Shown in pieces: positions 37,223 to 46,251 of a stretch of DNA of 64,000 bases. The translations under genes were made by a program, and so were the position numbers. Positions within the stretch are counted from its first letter, which is position 1. The number at the start of each line of letters is the position of its first letter. A model generated the notes under the pieces. It was given only the letters and a program-made list of their open reading frames with translations, did not search any database and was not told where the DNA came from. Origin of the DNA: Verrucomicrobiota bacterium (GTDB taxonomy: Bacteria; Verrucomicrobiota; Verrucomicrobiia; Chthoniobacterales; UBA10450); NCBI GenBank assembly GCA_003218375.1, contig QHNH01000010.1, positions 24,597-88,596 on the forward strand, read 5' to 3'.

Positions 37223-38776
37223 ATGCTTACTCGATTCGCATTTCTTCCTCTGTTTTTGGCGCTCGGCCTGGCGAGCTGCAAAAAAATTTCCAGCATTGCC
37301 GCCACGAACCCGACGGATCAAACCAAGACCGCCGCGGCTTCGGCGACACCAAACGCAGCCATCTCGGCAGCGGCCGCCACGCCTTCTGCGCCTCCGGTTA
37401 TCAGCAAACCGGTCGTGGACCAGAACGCCCAGGTCGTCATTTTCGGTTACCACCGTTTCGTGAACAACGTGAAGCACCCCGACACCGAGATCACGCCGGC
37501 CGCTTTCGAAGCGCAGATGCAGGAGCTGAAGAACAAGAACATCAGCGTGATTCCCATGCAGGATTTTCTCGCCTGGCGGCGAGGCGAGAAAGCGATCCCG
37601 GCGAAGAGCGCCATCATCACATTCGACGACGGCTGGAAATCGCAACACGAAGTCGCCTGGCCGATCATGAAAAAATTTAACTATCCGTTCACGCTCTTCA
37701 TTTACACAGAGGGCATAAAGCCGGGGCATTTCAGCGGCGGCGAATCGATGAGCTGGGAGCAGCTCGCGGAGATGCGCGACGCCGGCGTCGATATTCAAGG
37801 GCACACCGCGACCCATTCGGATTTGCGCAAGCCGTACGACAAGGTGGCGAAGAAAAAATTGAACCCACAGGAATACGAGGAGTGGCTCAACAAGGAAATC
37901 GTCGGCTCGAAGCAGATGATCGAGCAGAAGCTCGGCGTAAAGGTGAACTGCTTCGCGGTTCCCTACGGATTTCACAACGACCACATCCGCGATGTGGTGA
38001 TGAAGGCGGGCTATGAAGCAGTCTTCACCGTTTACGGGCAGCCCATCACAATGCACACGCCGCTTAGTTCGGTCGGCCGTTATCTGATGGAGGCGAACAA
38101 ACCGAAGACATTCACCGATGCCGTGGCCGCCATCGCTACGACTGCGGTGGGCCCCTCAGTCGCGGAAGTGGCGCCGTCGAACCTGCAGACCCAGCCGGCG
38201 GACGGCGAGATGATCAAGAACGCGTTGCCGCTGATCAAGGCGAACATCGCGTCGCTCGGGACGATCGATCCCGGCTCCGTCGAGATGCGGGTTAGCGGCC
38301 TCGGCAAGGTCGATGCCAGTTTCGATCCCAAGAGCAACACGGTGGCGTATCAGGTCACGCAGCGACTCAAGGACAAGACCTGCACGGTCATTGTGTCCGA
38401 TGCCGTCCGTCGCGGCGACGAGCGCGCCGACCGTAGCCCCAACTGCGGCGAAGCCGAAGAAAAAGAAAAAGTAAGCTGCGATCATGATTTCTCTGGGGAG
38501 CGCACGCGCCTCGCGTGCTGGCGATCGCGCCCTCGCGATCGCGGACTTTTTCGGTTTCGAAGCCGGAACTCAAAGCACAAGATTGTTTCGGCGAGGCGCC
38601 GAAACCAGCACGCGAGGCGCGTGCACTCCCCGGATTTAGAGCACCATGTTTTCGCAGCTCGGCGACAAGCTTCAGGACATCTTCAAGGACCTTCGCGGTC
38701 ACGGGACGATCAGCGAAGCGAACATCAACGACGCGTTGCGCCAGGTGCGCCTCGCGTTGCTCGAAGCCGACGTTGA
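37223..38776 (+). CDS. Polysaccharide deacetylase (NodB-type) lipoprotein; 3' end doubtful
   Basis: Lipobox LGLASC and the ITFDDGW motif. The ORF runs through repeat A3 and 130 nt into ffh, which suggests a late frameshift. Confidence 0.7.
   Translation: MLTRFAFLPLFLALGLASCKKISSIAATNPTDQTKTAAASATPNAAISAAAATPSAPPVISKPVVDQNAQVVIFGYHRFVNNVKHPDTEITPAAFEAQMQELKNKNISVIPMQDFLAWRRGEKAIPAKSAIITFDDGWKSQHEVAWPIMKKFNYPFTLFIYTEGIKPGHFSGGESMSWEQLAEMRDAGVDIQGHTATHSDLRKPYDKVAKKKLNPQEYEEWLNKEIVGSKQMIEQKLGVKVNCFAVPYGFHNDHIRDVVMKAGYEAVFTVYGQPITMHTPLSSVGRYLMEANKPKTFTDAVAAIATTAVGPSVAEVAPSNLQTQPADGEMIKNALPLIKANIASLGTIDPGSVEMRVSGLGKVDASFDPKSNTVAYQVTQRLKDKTCTVIVSDAVRRGDERADRSPNCGEAEEKEKVSCDHDFSGERTRLACWRSRPRDRGLFRFRSRNSKHKIVSARRRNQHARRVHSPDLEHHVFAARRQASGHLQGPSRSRDDQRSEHQRRVAPGAPRVARSRR
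38495..38631. repeat. Family A REPIN-like element (A3)
   Basis: Same 24-nt arms as A1 (one mismatch). Inner hairpins GGCGATCGCG-ccc-TCGCGATCGC and GTTTCGGCG-agg-CGCCGAAAC. Confidence 0.9.
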
Positions 38777-39965
38777 TTTCCAGGTCGCGAAGAATTTCAT
38801 CGGCCGAGTCAAAGAGAAGGCGCTCGGTGAAGAAGTCCTGCGCAGTGTCACGCCCGGCCAGCAGATCGTTAAGATTTTTTATGACGAATTGACGGCGCTG
38901 CTGGGCGGTAACGCCGCGCCGCTGAATCTGGAAAAACCGGCGCGCATTTTGATGGTGGGCTTGAACGGCGCGGGGAAAACAACATCGTCGGCCAAGCTGG
39001 CCCGGTATCTCAAGAAGCAGGGGCGCGCGCCGCTCCTCATCGCCTGCGATTTGCAACGGCCGGCGGCCATCGAGCAACTGGCCACGCTCGGCCGCCAGGT
39101 CGAGGTCCCGGTTTACACTCCTGATTCGCAGGAAAAAAATGTGCGCCGCTCGGCCGCCGCGAGCCTTGATTGGGCCGCGGAACAAAGCGGCAACGTCCAG
39201 ATTTTCGATACCGCGGGCCGCCAGGAAATCGATACGGCGCTCATCGAAGAAATCAAAGAGCTGAAGGAATTCCTGAAACCGCAGGAGGTCCTGCTCGTTG
39301 CTGACGCGGCGACGGGGCAACAAGCGGTCAGCGTTGCCACCCATTTTCATGAAGCGCTCGGCATCACCGGGATCGTGCTGACGAAACTCGATGGCGACGC
39401 GCGCGGTGGCGCCGCACTTTCGATGCGCGAAGTGACGCAGCGGCCGATCAAGTTCGCGGGCGTCGGGGAGAAGCTGGATCAATTCGAGCTGTTCGTGCCG
39501 GATCGTCTCGCAGGACGGATCCTCGGGATGGGCGACATCGTCGGGCTCGTCGAGAAAGCCGCGGAAGCAGTCGACGAAGAAGAAGCGCTCCGGTTGCAGC
39601 GGAAGCTGAAGAGCGCGTCGTTCGATTTCAACGATTTCCTGGCCCAATTCAAAATCATGAAGAAGATGGGTCCGCTGGAGAATATTCTTGGCATGATCCC
39701 CGGGATGAGTAACGTGCAGGGCCTCTCCGTGGACGAGAAGCAGCTCAAGCGGACGGAAGCGATTGTGCTTTCCATGACGCAGGAGGAGAGATCGCGGCCC
39801 GACATTCTGAATGCCCGGCGCCGCCAACGAATCGCCCGCGGCAGCGGTAGCAGCGTCACCGAAGTGAACGATCTGCTCCAGCGTTTCAATCAGATGCGAA
39901 AGATGATGAAGAACGCCGGGAAAATGAAAAGAATGATGGCGCAAATGGCGCGGATGAAAAATTAA
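38646..39965 (+). CDS. ffh: Signal recognition particle protein
   Basis: [14 protein letters not shown] and [10 protein letters not shown] motifs, plus a Met-rich C-terminal domain. Confidence 0.95.
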   Translation: MFSQLGDKLQDIFKDLRGHGTISEANINDALRQVRLALLEADVDFQVAKNFIGRVKEKALGEEVLRSVTPGQQIVKIFYDELTALLGGNAAPLNLEKPARILMVGLNGAGKTTSSAKLARYLKKQGRAPLLIACDLQRPAAIEQLATLGRQVEVPVYTPDSQEKNVRRSAAASLDWAAEQSGNVQIFDTAGRQEIDTALIEEIKELKEFLKPQEVLLVADAATGQQAVSVATHFHEALGITGIVLTKLDGDARGGAALSMREVTQRPIKFAGVGEKLDQFELFVPDRLAGRILGMGDIVGLVEKAAEAVDEEEALRLQRKLKSASFDFNDFLAQFKIMKKMGPLENILGMIPGMSNVQGLSVDEKQLKRTEAIVLSMTQEERSRPDILNARRRQRIARGSGSSVTEVNDLLQRFNQMRKMMKNAGKMKRMMAQMARMKN

Positions 39966-39969
39966 CGAT

Positions 39970-40290
39970 ATGGCAGTTTCAATCAGATTACGCAGAGAAG
40001 GCGCCCTGAACCGGCCCTACTACAAGGTGGTCGTGGCCGATAGCCGCAGCCCGCGCGACGGCAAATTCATCGAGATCATCGGCACCTACGACCCGAAGAA
40101 GCCGGGGCATAACAGCACGCTGAAGATGGACCGGATCGAGCATTGGATTTCCAAGGGCGCACAGCCCTCGGACACGGTCCGCAGCTTGATCAAGAAGAAC
40201 CGGAAGCAGAGTGCGAGCACGCCGGCGGAAGAGCCTGCGCCAGCACCCGCTCCCGCCGAAGCAGCAGCAGCCGCTCCGGCGACGGAGTAA
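39970..40290 (+). CDS. rpsP: 30S ribosomal protein S16
   Basis: [35 protein letters not shown]. Confidence 0.95.
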   Translation: MAVSIRLRREGALNRPYYKVVVADSRSPRDGKFIEIIGTYDPKKPGHNSTLKMDRIEHWISKGAQPSDTVRSLIKKNRKQSASTPAEEPAPAPAPAEAAAAAPATE

Positions 40291-40299
40291 TTTCTTCCC

Positions 40300-40379
40300 G
40301 GAGGGACGTGCTTCTGCACGTCCCATTCTGTTTGCGATGGCCGCGAAGAGAAATCGGACGTGCAGAAGCACGTCCCTCC
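40300..40379. repeat. REP-like palindromic element, family C (C3)
   Basis: GGAGGGACGTGCTTCTGCACGTCCC...GGACGTGCAGAAGCACGTCCCTCC. Confidence 0.85.
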
Positions 40380-40428
40380 GTTTGAAAGACTCTTCAAGTC
40401 CTTGCGCTCAGAGCGTCGCTCTAACCAA

Positions 40429-41064
40429 ATGAAGCGATTCTTTCTCCTGATCTCTTTCGCCGCGCTCGCGGTTCCCGCATTCGCTCAAACCGTTTGGGTG
40501 AAGGACGGCAACATCCAGTTCACCGACAAAGCCGGACAAACGACGGCACTCACCTCGAGCGGCCGCGATTCCGGGCCCGTCCTAGCTCCCGACGGCAAAT
40601 GGGTCGCCTTCGTGCGCAAAGTGGATGGCAAGAAAATCGCCACGGGCTCCGATGAAGTGGATCCGACCGAGCTCTGGCAGGTCCGCACCGACCGCAAGGA
40701 AGCGAGCCTGCTTATCAAATGTCGCGCCTCGGAAAAACCGGAGTCTGTGATCGCCGGGTTCGAGAACCTGCAATTCTCCTCGAATGGGAAGCTGCTTTAT
40801 TTCGTGACGCCGGCGTGGGCCACTTCGGGTGCCGTGCACGTAGTCGATACCACGAACAGAAAGGAACGATACCTTTTTCCTGGCAACGACCTGAAGATCG
40901 TTGCTTCGGGCGAATACAAGGATTGTCTTCTCGTCCAGCAACACAAGTATTTCGTCGGTGGCGGTTCCTACGATTGGTATTGGCTCCTGCGCGCTGATGG
41001 GAAGGAAGTCGGCCCGGTCGGCGAGGACACGGAGACTTTTGCGGCGACCTACGGCAAGGAGTAG
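40429..41064 (+). CDS. Secreted hypothetical protein (TolB-like beta-propeller flavour)
   Basis: Signal peptide MKRFFLLISFAALAVPAFA. Contains SGRDSGPVLAPDGKWVAFV. Confidence 0.55.
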   Translation: MKRFFLLISFAALAVPAFAQTVWVKDGNIQFTDKAGQTTALTSSGRDSGPVLAPDGKWVAFVRKVDGKKIATGSDEVDPTELWQVRTDRKEASLLIKCRASEKPESVIAGFENLQFSSNGKLLYFVTPAWATSGAVHVVDTTNRKERYLFPGNDLKIVASGEYKDCLLVQQHKYFVGGGSYDWYWLLRADGKEVGPVGEDTETFAATYGKE

Positions 41065-41168
41065 GAACACAGACTTGCAGTCTGTGCGGCCAGCGGGCTT
41101 GCAGCCCGCTGAATCTTTGGCAGCGGATCAGATATCCGCTGGCCGCACAGGCTAAAAGCCTGTGTTCC
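41064..41168. repeat. Four-hairpin palindromic element, family D (D2)
   Basis: GGAACACAGACTTGCAGTCTGTGCGGCCAGCGGGCTTGCAGCCCGCTG...CAGCGGATCAGATATCCGCTGGCCGCACAGGCTAAAAGCCTGTGTTCC. It starts on the last base of the upstream TAG. Confidence 0.9.
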
Positions 41169-41216
41169 TTTCAGCAGACTTGCGGCCTCCGCATAAGATC
41201 GGTATTTTCGCACGTC

Positions 41217-41447
41217 GTGAAAGAGTTCCTCGAATTCGTCATTCGCCAGCTCGTCGAGTTTCCCGACGAGATGATGCTCTCGGAAATTCCATCGGGGAAG
41301 ACGACGATCTTTCGGGTGCAACTTCGCCAAACCGACGTCGGCCGGATCATTGGTCGCAACGGCCAGACGATCCAGGCCATCCGAGCCTTGCTCGCCAGCT
41401 CCGCCGCCCGCCACGGCCAACGCGCCACCCTCGAGATCGTGGAGTAA
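41217..41447 (+). CDS. KH-domain RNA-binding protein (YlqC/UPF0109)
   Basis: [17 protein letters not shown] (GxxG loop). Conserved position between rpsP and trmD. Confidence 0.8.
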   Translation: MKEFLEFVIRQLVEFPDEMMLSEIPSGKTTIFRVQLRQTDVGRIIGRNGQTIQAIRALLASSAARHGQRATLEIVE

Positions 41448-41502
41448 TCTTCATTCGATATTGGACGTTGGGCGTTGGGCGTTCGACGTTTTCTTCTGCC
41501 GA

Positions 41503-42201
41503 ATGCGCATCGATATCCTCACTCTCTTTCCCGAGGTCTGCCGCGCACCGCTCAGCGAAAGCATGATGAAGCGGGCGCAGGAAAGCGGTGTCCTCGACTT
41601 ACGCATTCACAATTTGCGCGATTGGGCGACGGACAAACACCACGTGGTGGATGACGCGCCGTTCGGCGGCGGGCAGGGAATGGTGATGAAGCCGGAGCCG
41701 ATTTTTGCCGCGGTCGAAGATTTGAAATCGAAAATCGAAAATCGAAAATCCAAAATCATTTTAATGTCGCCGGCGGGGCGACGATTTGATCAGGAGATGG
41801 CAACGGAGTTTTCGAAAGAGGAGCACCTCATAATTATCTGCGGCCATTACGAAGGTGTGGATCATCGCGTGATCGAGCACTTGGTCGACGCGGAGATTTC
41901 CATCGGCGATTACGTGCTCACGAATGGCGCGATCGCGGCGGTGGTTTTCGTGGATGCCGTCGTGCGTTTGTTGCCTGGGGTTCTCGGCCATGAGCAGTCG
42001 GCCGTTGATGACAGCTTCAGTGGCGGATTATTGGAAGGTCCGCAATACACCCGGCCCTCGGATTTTCGCGGATGGAAAGTGCCCGATGTGCTGTTATCCG
42101 GAAATCACGGCGAGATTGCGAAATGGCGAAAAGATCAGGCCCGGCAACGCACTCACGAGAATCGGCCCGATCTTTTGGGTGACGATGCGGCAGACTTGTG
42201 A
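41503..42201 (+). CDS. trmD: tRNA (guanine37-N1)-methyltransferase
   Basis: [21 protein letters not shown] and [13 protein letters not shown]. Confidence 0.9.
   Translation: MRIDILTLFPEVCRAPLSESMMKRAQESGVLDLRIHNLRDWATDKHHVVDDAPFGGGQGMVMKPEPIFAAVEDLKSKIENRKSKIILMSPAGRRFDQEMATEFSKEEHLIIICGHYEGVDHRVIEHLVDAEISIGDYVLTNGAIAAVVFVDAVVRLLPGVLGHEQSAVDDSFSGGLLEGPQYTRPSDFRGWKVPDVLLSGNHGEIAKWRKDQARQRTHENRPDLLGDDAADL
41723..41757 (+). repeat. Heptanucleotide tandem repeat (CGAAAAT)n inside trmD
   Basis: TGAAAT CGAAAAT CGAAAAT CGAAAAT CCAAAAT, encoding [12 protein letters not shown]. Confidence 0.85.
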
Positions 42202-42203
42202 TT

Positions 42204-42328
42204 GGGGAGCGCACGCGCCCTCGCGTGCTGGCGATGGCGCCCTCGCCATCGCGAACTTCATACTCGGGAAGAAAAGATTGTTTCGGCGAGGGCGCCCAAA
42301 CCAGCACGCGAGGGCGCGTGCGCTCCCC
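42204..42328. repeat. Family A REPIN-like element (A4)
   Basis: Arms GGGGAGCGCACGCGCCCTCGCGTGC / GCACGCGAGGGCGCGTGCGCTCCCC. Fills the gap between the convergent trmD and ketosynthase genes. Confidence 0.9.
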
Positions 42329-42339
42329 AATCAATTCCT

Positions 42340-43581
42340 CTACACTCGCCCCAGGATCACGCAGGAATTGATGCCGCCGAAGCCGAAGGAATTACTCAGG
42401 ACATAATTCAAATCGGCGTCGCGACCGTGATGCGGGATGACGTCGAGATCGCAGGCCGGATCGGGATTCTCCCGGTTCAAGGTCGGCGGCGCCCATTTCC
42501 GCTCGATGGCCAGCGCGCAAATCGCGGCCTCGATTGCCCCCGTGGCGCCGAGCGGATGACCGGTATATGCCTTGGTCCCGCTCACGAGCAAGCGCTTCGC
42601 GTAATCGCCGAAGACCTGCTTGATGGCCAGGGTTTCCGTGTTGTCGTTCATCTGCGTCGAACTGGCGTGGGCGTTGATGTAATCGATCTGGTCCGGCGTG
42701 AGGCCCGCGTCGGCCAGCGCCTCGCGCATCGCCCGGATGCAGGCTTCGCCGCTCGGCAACGGCGAGGTCATATGAAAAGCGTCGTTGTTCAGGCTGTAGC
42801 CGAGCACCTCTGCGAAAATGTGGGCACCCCGTTTTCGGGCATGCTCCAGCTCTTCAATTACCAGGGTCGCCGCGCCTTCGCCGATGACGAACCCGTCGCG
42901 TTTCAAGTCGAACGGCCGGCAGGCCAGGGCCGGATCGCCGATCCATTGGCTCATCGATTTGATAATGGCGAACGCGCCGAAGGTGAGGGGACTGAGCGGC
43001 GCTTCGGCGCCTCCGGCGACAACTACGTCGGCGAAATCGTCGCGGATGTAGCGCATGGCTTCGCCCACCGCGACCGTGCCGCTCGCGCAACTGTTCGAGT
43101 TCGTCGTGCCCACGCCGCGAAAGCCGAATTCAATCGCGATGTTCGAATGGGCCGAGCCGCCGAACACCTGGAGCGCCAGCGTCTGGTTTACGCCACGCGT
43201 TCCTTTCTTGAGGTAATGAGCATGCTGATATTCCGCGTTCGCGATCCCGCCGAGCGCCGTTCCGAAACTCACGCCGACGCGGTCCTGTGGTTTTTCCCGC
43301 GAAAAGGGAATGCCCGCATCGTCGAGCGCCATCCTGGCGGAGGCGACGGCGAACTGCGCGTAGCGGTCGAGGCGCTTCAGCCGATGGGGCGGAAAATAAT
43401 CTTCCGGGATCCAATCCCGAATTTCGCCGCCGCAATGCGCATTGAACTCGGACGTATCGAAACCCGAGATCGTTTGAATGCCGCTCTTTTCCGCGAGGAG
43501 TCCGCGCCAAAAATTCTCCCGCCCGATCCCGATGCAGGTAATCGGGCCGATGCCGGTGATGACAGTGCGGCGCCTAGCCAT
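42340..43581 (-). CDS. Beta-ketoacyl-ACP synthase II-like ketosynthase
   Basis: Active-site Cys in NSNSCASG. HMTSP and GHPLGATG His motifs. Confidence 0.85.
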   Translation of the reverse strand: MARRRTVITGIGPITCIGIGRENFWRGLLAEKSGIQTISGFDTSEFNAHCGGEIRDWIPEDYFPPHRLKRLDRYAQFAVASARMALDDAGIPFSREKPQDRVGVSFGTALGGIANAEYQHAHYLKKGTRGVNQTLALQVFGGSAHSNIAIEFGFRGVGTTNSNSCASGTVAVGEAMRYIRDDFADVVVAGGAEAPLSPLTFGAFAIIKSMSQWIGDPALACRPFDLKRDGFVIGEGAATLVIEELEHARKRGAHIFAEVLGYSLNNDAFHMTSPLPSGEACIRAMREALADAGLTPDQIDYINAHASSTQMNDNTETLAIKQVFGDYAKRLLVSGTKAYTGHPLGATGAIEAAICALAIERKWAPPTLNRENPDPACDLDVIPHHGRDADLNYVLSNSFGFGGINSCVILGRV

Positions 43582-44017
43582 TTTGATTTTCCAGATATGT
43601 TTTCATGCAGCGAAGAGTCTTGCTCGCGACCGGATGGATGAACCCGTTGCCGATAATCGGCTCGACCAGTGGCGCGAGGAAGGGAATTCGAAAGCGAAGA
43701 TCGTGCACGATCTCCACCACGACCCCGGCCGGCGTTTCTTTGAATGTCCAGACCACGTCCATTCCTTTCGTCCACGCTTTCAAATGATGGAAACGAATTT
43801 CGAATCTGGTCCGGTCGATCACTTGTTCCGAGGTCCAGGAAATCGGGATGCCGGCGCGGACTGCGGCCATGACCACGAGATTGCGATCGACGCCGCGCTT
43901 GAGGTAACGGATGCAACGATAGTGCGGCAAAATTTTCGGCCAAAGCTCGAGGTTCGCCGCGGTCTCGAAGATCGCGGTTTTCGGGGCGTGAATGATGATT
44001 GAATTGCCGGTATGCAT
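43574..44017 (-). CDS. SRPBCC (polyketide cyclase/dehydrase-like) protein
   Basis: 147 aa. Overlaps the ketosynthase start by 8 nt. The call rests on general sequence character. Confidence 0.5.
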   Translation of the reverse strand: MHTGNSIIIHAPKTAIFETAANLELWPKILPHYRCIRYLKRGVDRNLVVMAAVRAGIPISWTSEQVIDRTRFEIRFHHLKAWTKGMDVVWTFKETPAGVVVEIVHDLRFRIPFLAPLVEPIIGNGFIHPVASKTLRCMKTYLENQNG

Positions 44018-44097
44018 GAGCGGAGGAAAGAGGCTGGGCCGATCTGTTCTTCAGGCTAAGCTGCGGTGAAACCGGGCAACAACAGGAAAAAGTAACA

Positions 44098-44292
44098 ATG
44101 GCGTTACAAATGAAATCCGCCTGCGAGAAATGCGGGCGACCGCTCGATCCGCCAGGCGAAGCTTACATCTGCACTTACGAGTGCACCTTTTGCCGCGAGT
44201 GCGCCGAGGCGATGGCAGCGGTGTGTCCGAACTGCGGCGGCGAACTGGTGCGTCGCCCGCGGGCCGGGAAATCCGGCGCGCCCTTGTTGTAG
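44098..44292 (+). CDS. DUF1272-like zinc-ribbon protein
   Basis: CEKCG..CTYECTFCRECA..CPNCGGELV. Confidence 0.6.
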   Translation: MALQMKSACEKCGRPLDPPGEAYICTYECTFCRECAEAMAAVCPNCGGELVRRPRAGKSGAPLL

Positions 44293-44308
44293 CCGCCCGG
44301 TTAGGGAA

Positions 44309-44415
44309 GGAACACAGACTTGCAGTCTGTGCGGCCAGCGGACTTAAAGTCCGCTGAGAACCTTCTACGGCGGACAACATGTCCGCCGGCCGCACAGGCA
44401 GAATGCCTGTGTTCC
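44309..44415. repeat. Four-hairpin palindromic element, family D (D3)
   Basis: GGAACACAGACTTGCAGTCTGTGCGGCCAGCGGACTTAAAGTCCGCTG...GGCGGACAACATGTCCGCCGGCCGCACAGGCAGAATGCCTGTGTTCC. Confidence 0.9.
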
Positions 44416-44420
44416 GTTTG

Positions 44421-45221
44421 CTAGCGGCGGCGATGCTTGATCCGGTAAGTCAGGAAACATTCCTCACCTACGGTTCGCATTTCGGTGAGGGTGCAGCGAA
44501 CGCTACGTGGCAGGAAATCTTTGCTCAGGCCGGTCAGGGTGGGCGCAGTCGCGCCGCCGAAGAGGTAGGGCGCGATGGTGAGGTTGAGTTGATCGACCAA
44601 ATCGTGTTCGAGCAGGGCGCGGAAAAGAGTGGCGCCTCCTTCGCAGGCGACGGTGCGAACGCCGTAATCGCGCCGCAGTTGTTGCAGCATCCAGGCGAGA
44701 TCGACCGAGCGGGCATCACTCAGATGCAAGGTGGCTTTCTTCCGCAACGCGTCCTGGTAGCGCTTCGGCATTCGGACGGTGGAGAAAATTACGATCGGCG
44801 AGATATCGGTCTGGAAGATTTTCAGCGAAGGGTCGATGCGGCCTTCGTTTGAGACGATCACACGCAACGGATACGGCGTCTGGCCGCGAGCGATTCGCGC
44901 CTCGCGCATCTTCGGGTCGGGCAACCCGAGGCGGACGTTGTCGTGCTTCAACGTGCTGTGGCCAATCAGGACCGCGTCCCCCAGCGCGCGCTGCCGAAAC
45001 AAATGCGTTTTGTCTTCGCGCGAAGTGAAATCGACCGGTGTGAAATTCTTTGTGGTGATCTTGCCGTCCACCGTCATTGCGAAGGTGACGGCGACGAATG
45101 GACGTTTCGGAGGGACGTGCTTCCGCACGTCCTTGTTGTGACGAGGCGCTCTGAAAGATTTGGGACGTGCGGAAGCACGTCCCTCCGAACGAGGCTTATT
45201 CCTCCTGCTCGCTGATTTCAT
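44421..45221 (-). CDS. RibD C-terminal-domain / dihydrofolate reductase-like reductase (start uncertain)
   Basis: FVAVTFAMTVDGKIT...VACEGGATLFRALL. The annotated N-terminus runs through repeat C4. Confidence 0.65.
   Translation of the reverse strand: MKSASRRNKPRSEGRASARPKSFRAPRHNKDVRKHVPPKRPFVAVTFAMTVDGKITTKNFTPVDFTSREDKTHLFRQRALGDAVLIGHSTLKHDNVRLGLPDPKMREARIARGQTPYPLRVIVSNEGRIDPSLKIFQTDISPIVIFSTVRMPKRYQDALRKKATLHLSDARSVDLAWMLQQLRRDYGVRTVACEGGATLFRALLEHDLVDQLNLTIAPYLFGGATAPTLTGLSKDFLPRSVRCTLTEMRTVGEECFLTYRIKHRRR
45109..45186. repeat. REP-like palindromic element, family C (C4)
   Basis: GGAGGGACGTGCTTCCGCACGTCC...GGGACGTGCGGAAGCACGTCCCTCC. Confidence 0.85.
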
Positions 45222-46251
45222 GCTCGAGGGTGGCGAATTCTTTTTGCATCTCGCTCATCTTCACATGGGCGATGGCGCCGCTGGGCCGGTAAAAGAAATA
45301 GACGATGCCGCCCGGCAAACAGCAGAGCAGGATGACGGTGAAGCCGGTCAGACCAATCAGCCTGGCCGTGGCGAACCAGTAGTCGACGGGCGCGCCGGCG
45401 GGCACCGCGCACAGATTCGACAACATGATTTGCAGAATGTATTCGCGCGTTCCCACTCCGGCGAAACTGATCGGGAGCGATGAAATCGTGCGCTCGACCG
45501 GCATGATGGCGAAGAAATCGACGGGCGCGATATTGGCCCGAAACGCGTAGGCCACGCAAAGGAACGTGGCGAACGTCCCGAGATGGCAGACGAGCGACGC
45601 TCCGAAAGCGCCCGACGTCGCCCGCCAATGGCGCGCGTAAAGATGATAGGCGGCGGAGATCTCCAGCATTTTTTCCCGGCCGGGAAAACGATCGGGCAGT
45701 TTGTGGAAAAGATTGAAGCCGCTCACGATGAAACTCGTTACGACGAAAAGGACAGACGCGCCGAAGACGACGAGCACGAACCCGACGTACGGGCGCGTCG
45801 CCGGAGCGCTCGTCAGCCAGTCATAGCGCAGAAAAATGAGCACGCCGGTGATGATGATCAGCGCGATTAAGCCGATCATGCGATCGAACATGACGGCGAG
45901 AAGCGCGCCCGGCTTTTTGGTCGGAGTTTCCTTCCAGAGGAGGTAGGTCTTGACGATGTCGCCGCCGGTGCCGCCGGGCAGGAACTGGTTGTAGAACATG
46001 CCGATAAAGAAAAGCGCGGCGATGCGCGCGTTGCTCAGGTTGATGCCCTGGACTTTGAGAAGGATTTGCCAGCGAACGATGGCCGCAAATTCCACCACGA
46101 CGTACATGAGGATGGCCGCGCCGATCCAGCGATAGTCCGCGTCGCGGATCGCCACCGCCATGGCCTCGCGCACTTTCGGGTCGTGGAAAACCCAGTAGAG
46201 AAGCGCGCCGGTGACGAGCAGTTGAACGACGGTAAGGAGCGTTTTCTTCAT
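45196..46251 (-). CDS. UPF0104 / lysylphosphatidylglycerol-synthase-TM-like 'flippase-like' membrane protein
   Basis: Polytopic protein with the FLPGGTGGDIVKTYLL motif. Start ATG overlaps the upstream stop (ATGA). Confidence 0.65.
   Translation of the reverse strand: MKKTLLTVVQLLVTGALLYWVFHDPKVREAMAVAIRDADYRWIGAAILMYVVVEFAAIVRWQILLKVQGINLSNARIAALFFIGMFYNQFLPGGTGGDIVKTYLLWKETPTKKPGALLAVMFDRMIGLIALIIITGVLIFLRYDWLTSAPATRPYVGFVLVVFGASVLFVVTSFIVSGFNLFHKLPDRFPGREKMLEISAAYHLYARHWRATSGAFGASLVCHLGTFATFLCVAYAFRANIAPVDFFAIMPVERTISSLPISFAGVGTREYILQIMLSNLCAVPAGAPVDYWFATARLIGLTGFTVILLCCLPGGIVYFFYRPSGAIAHVKMSEMQKEFATLEHEISEQEE

Noticed and set aside
38388-39944. 518-aa minus-strand ORF
   Set aside because: Antisense to ffh.
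41455-41500. GTTGGGC GTTGGGC short tandem / palindrome upstream of trmD as a regulatory site
   Set aside because: There are only two units and no recurrence elsewhere in the window. This is insufficient to call.
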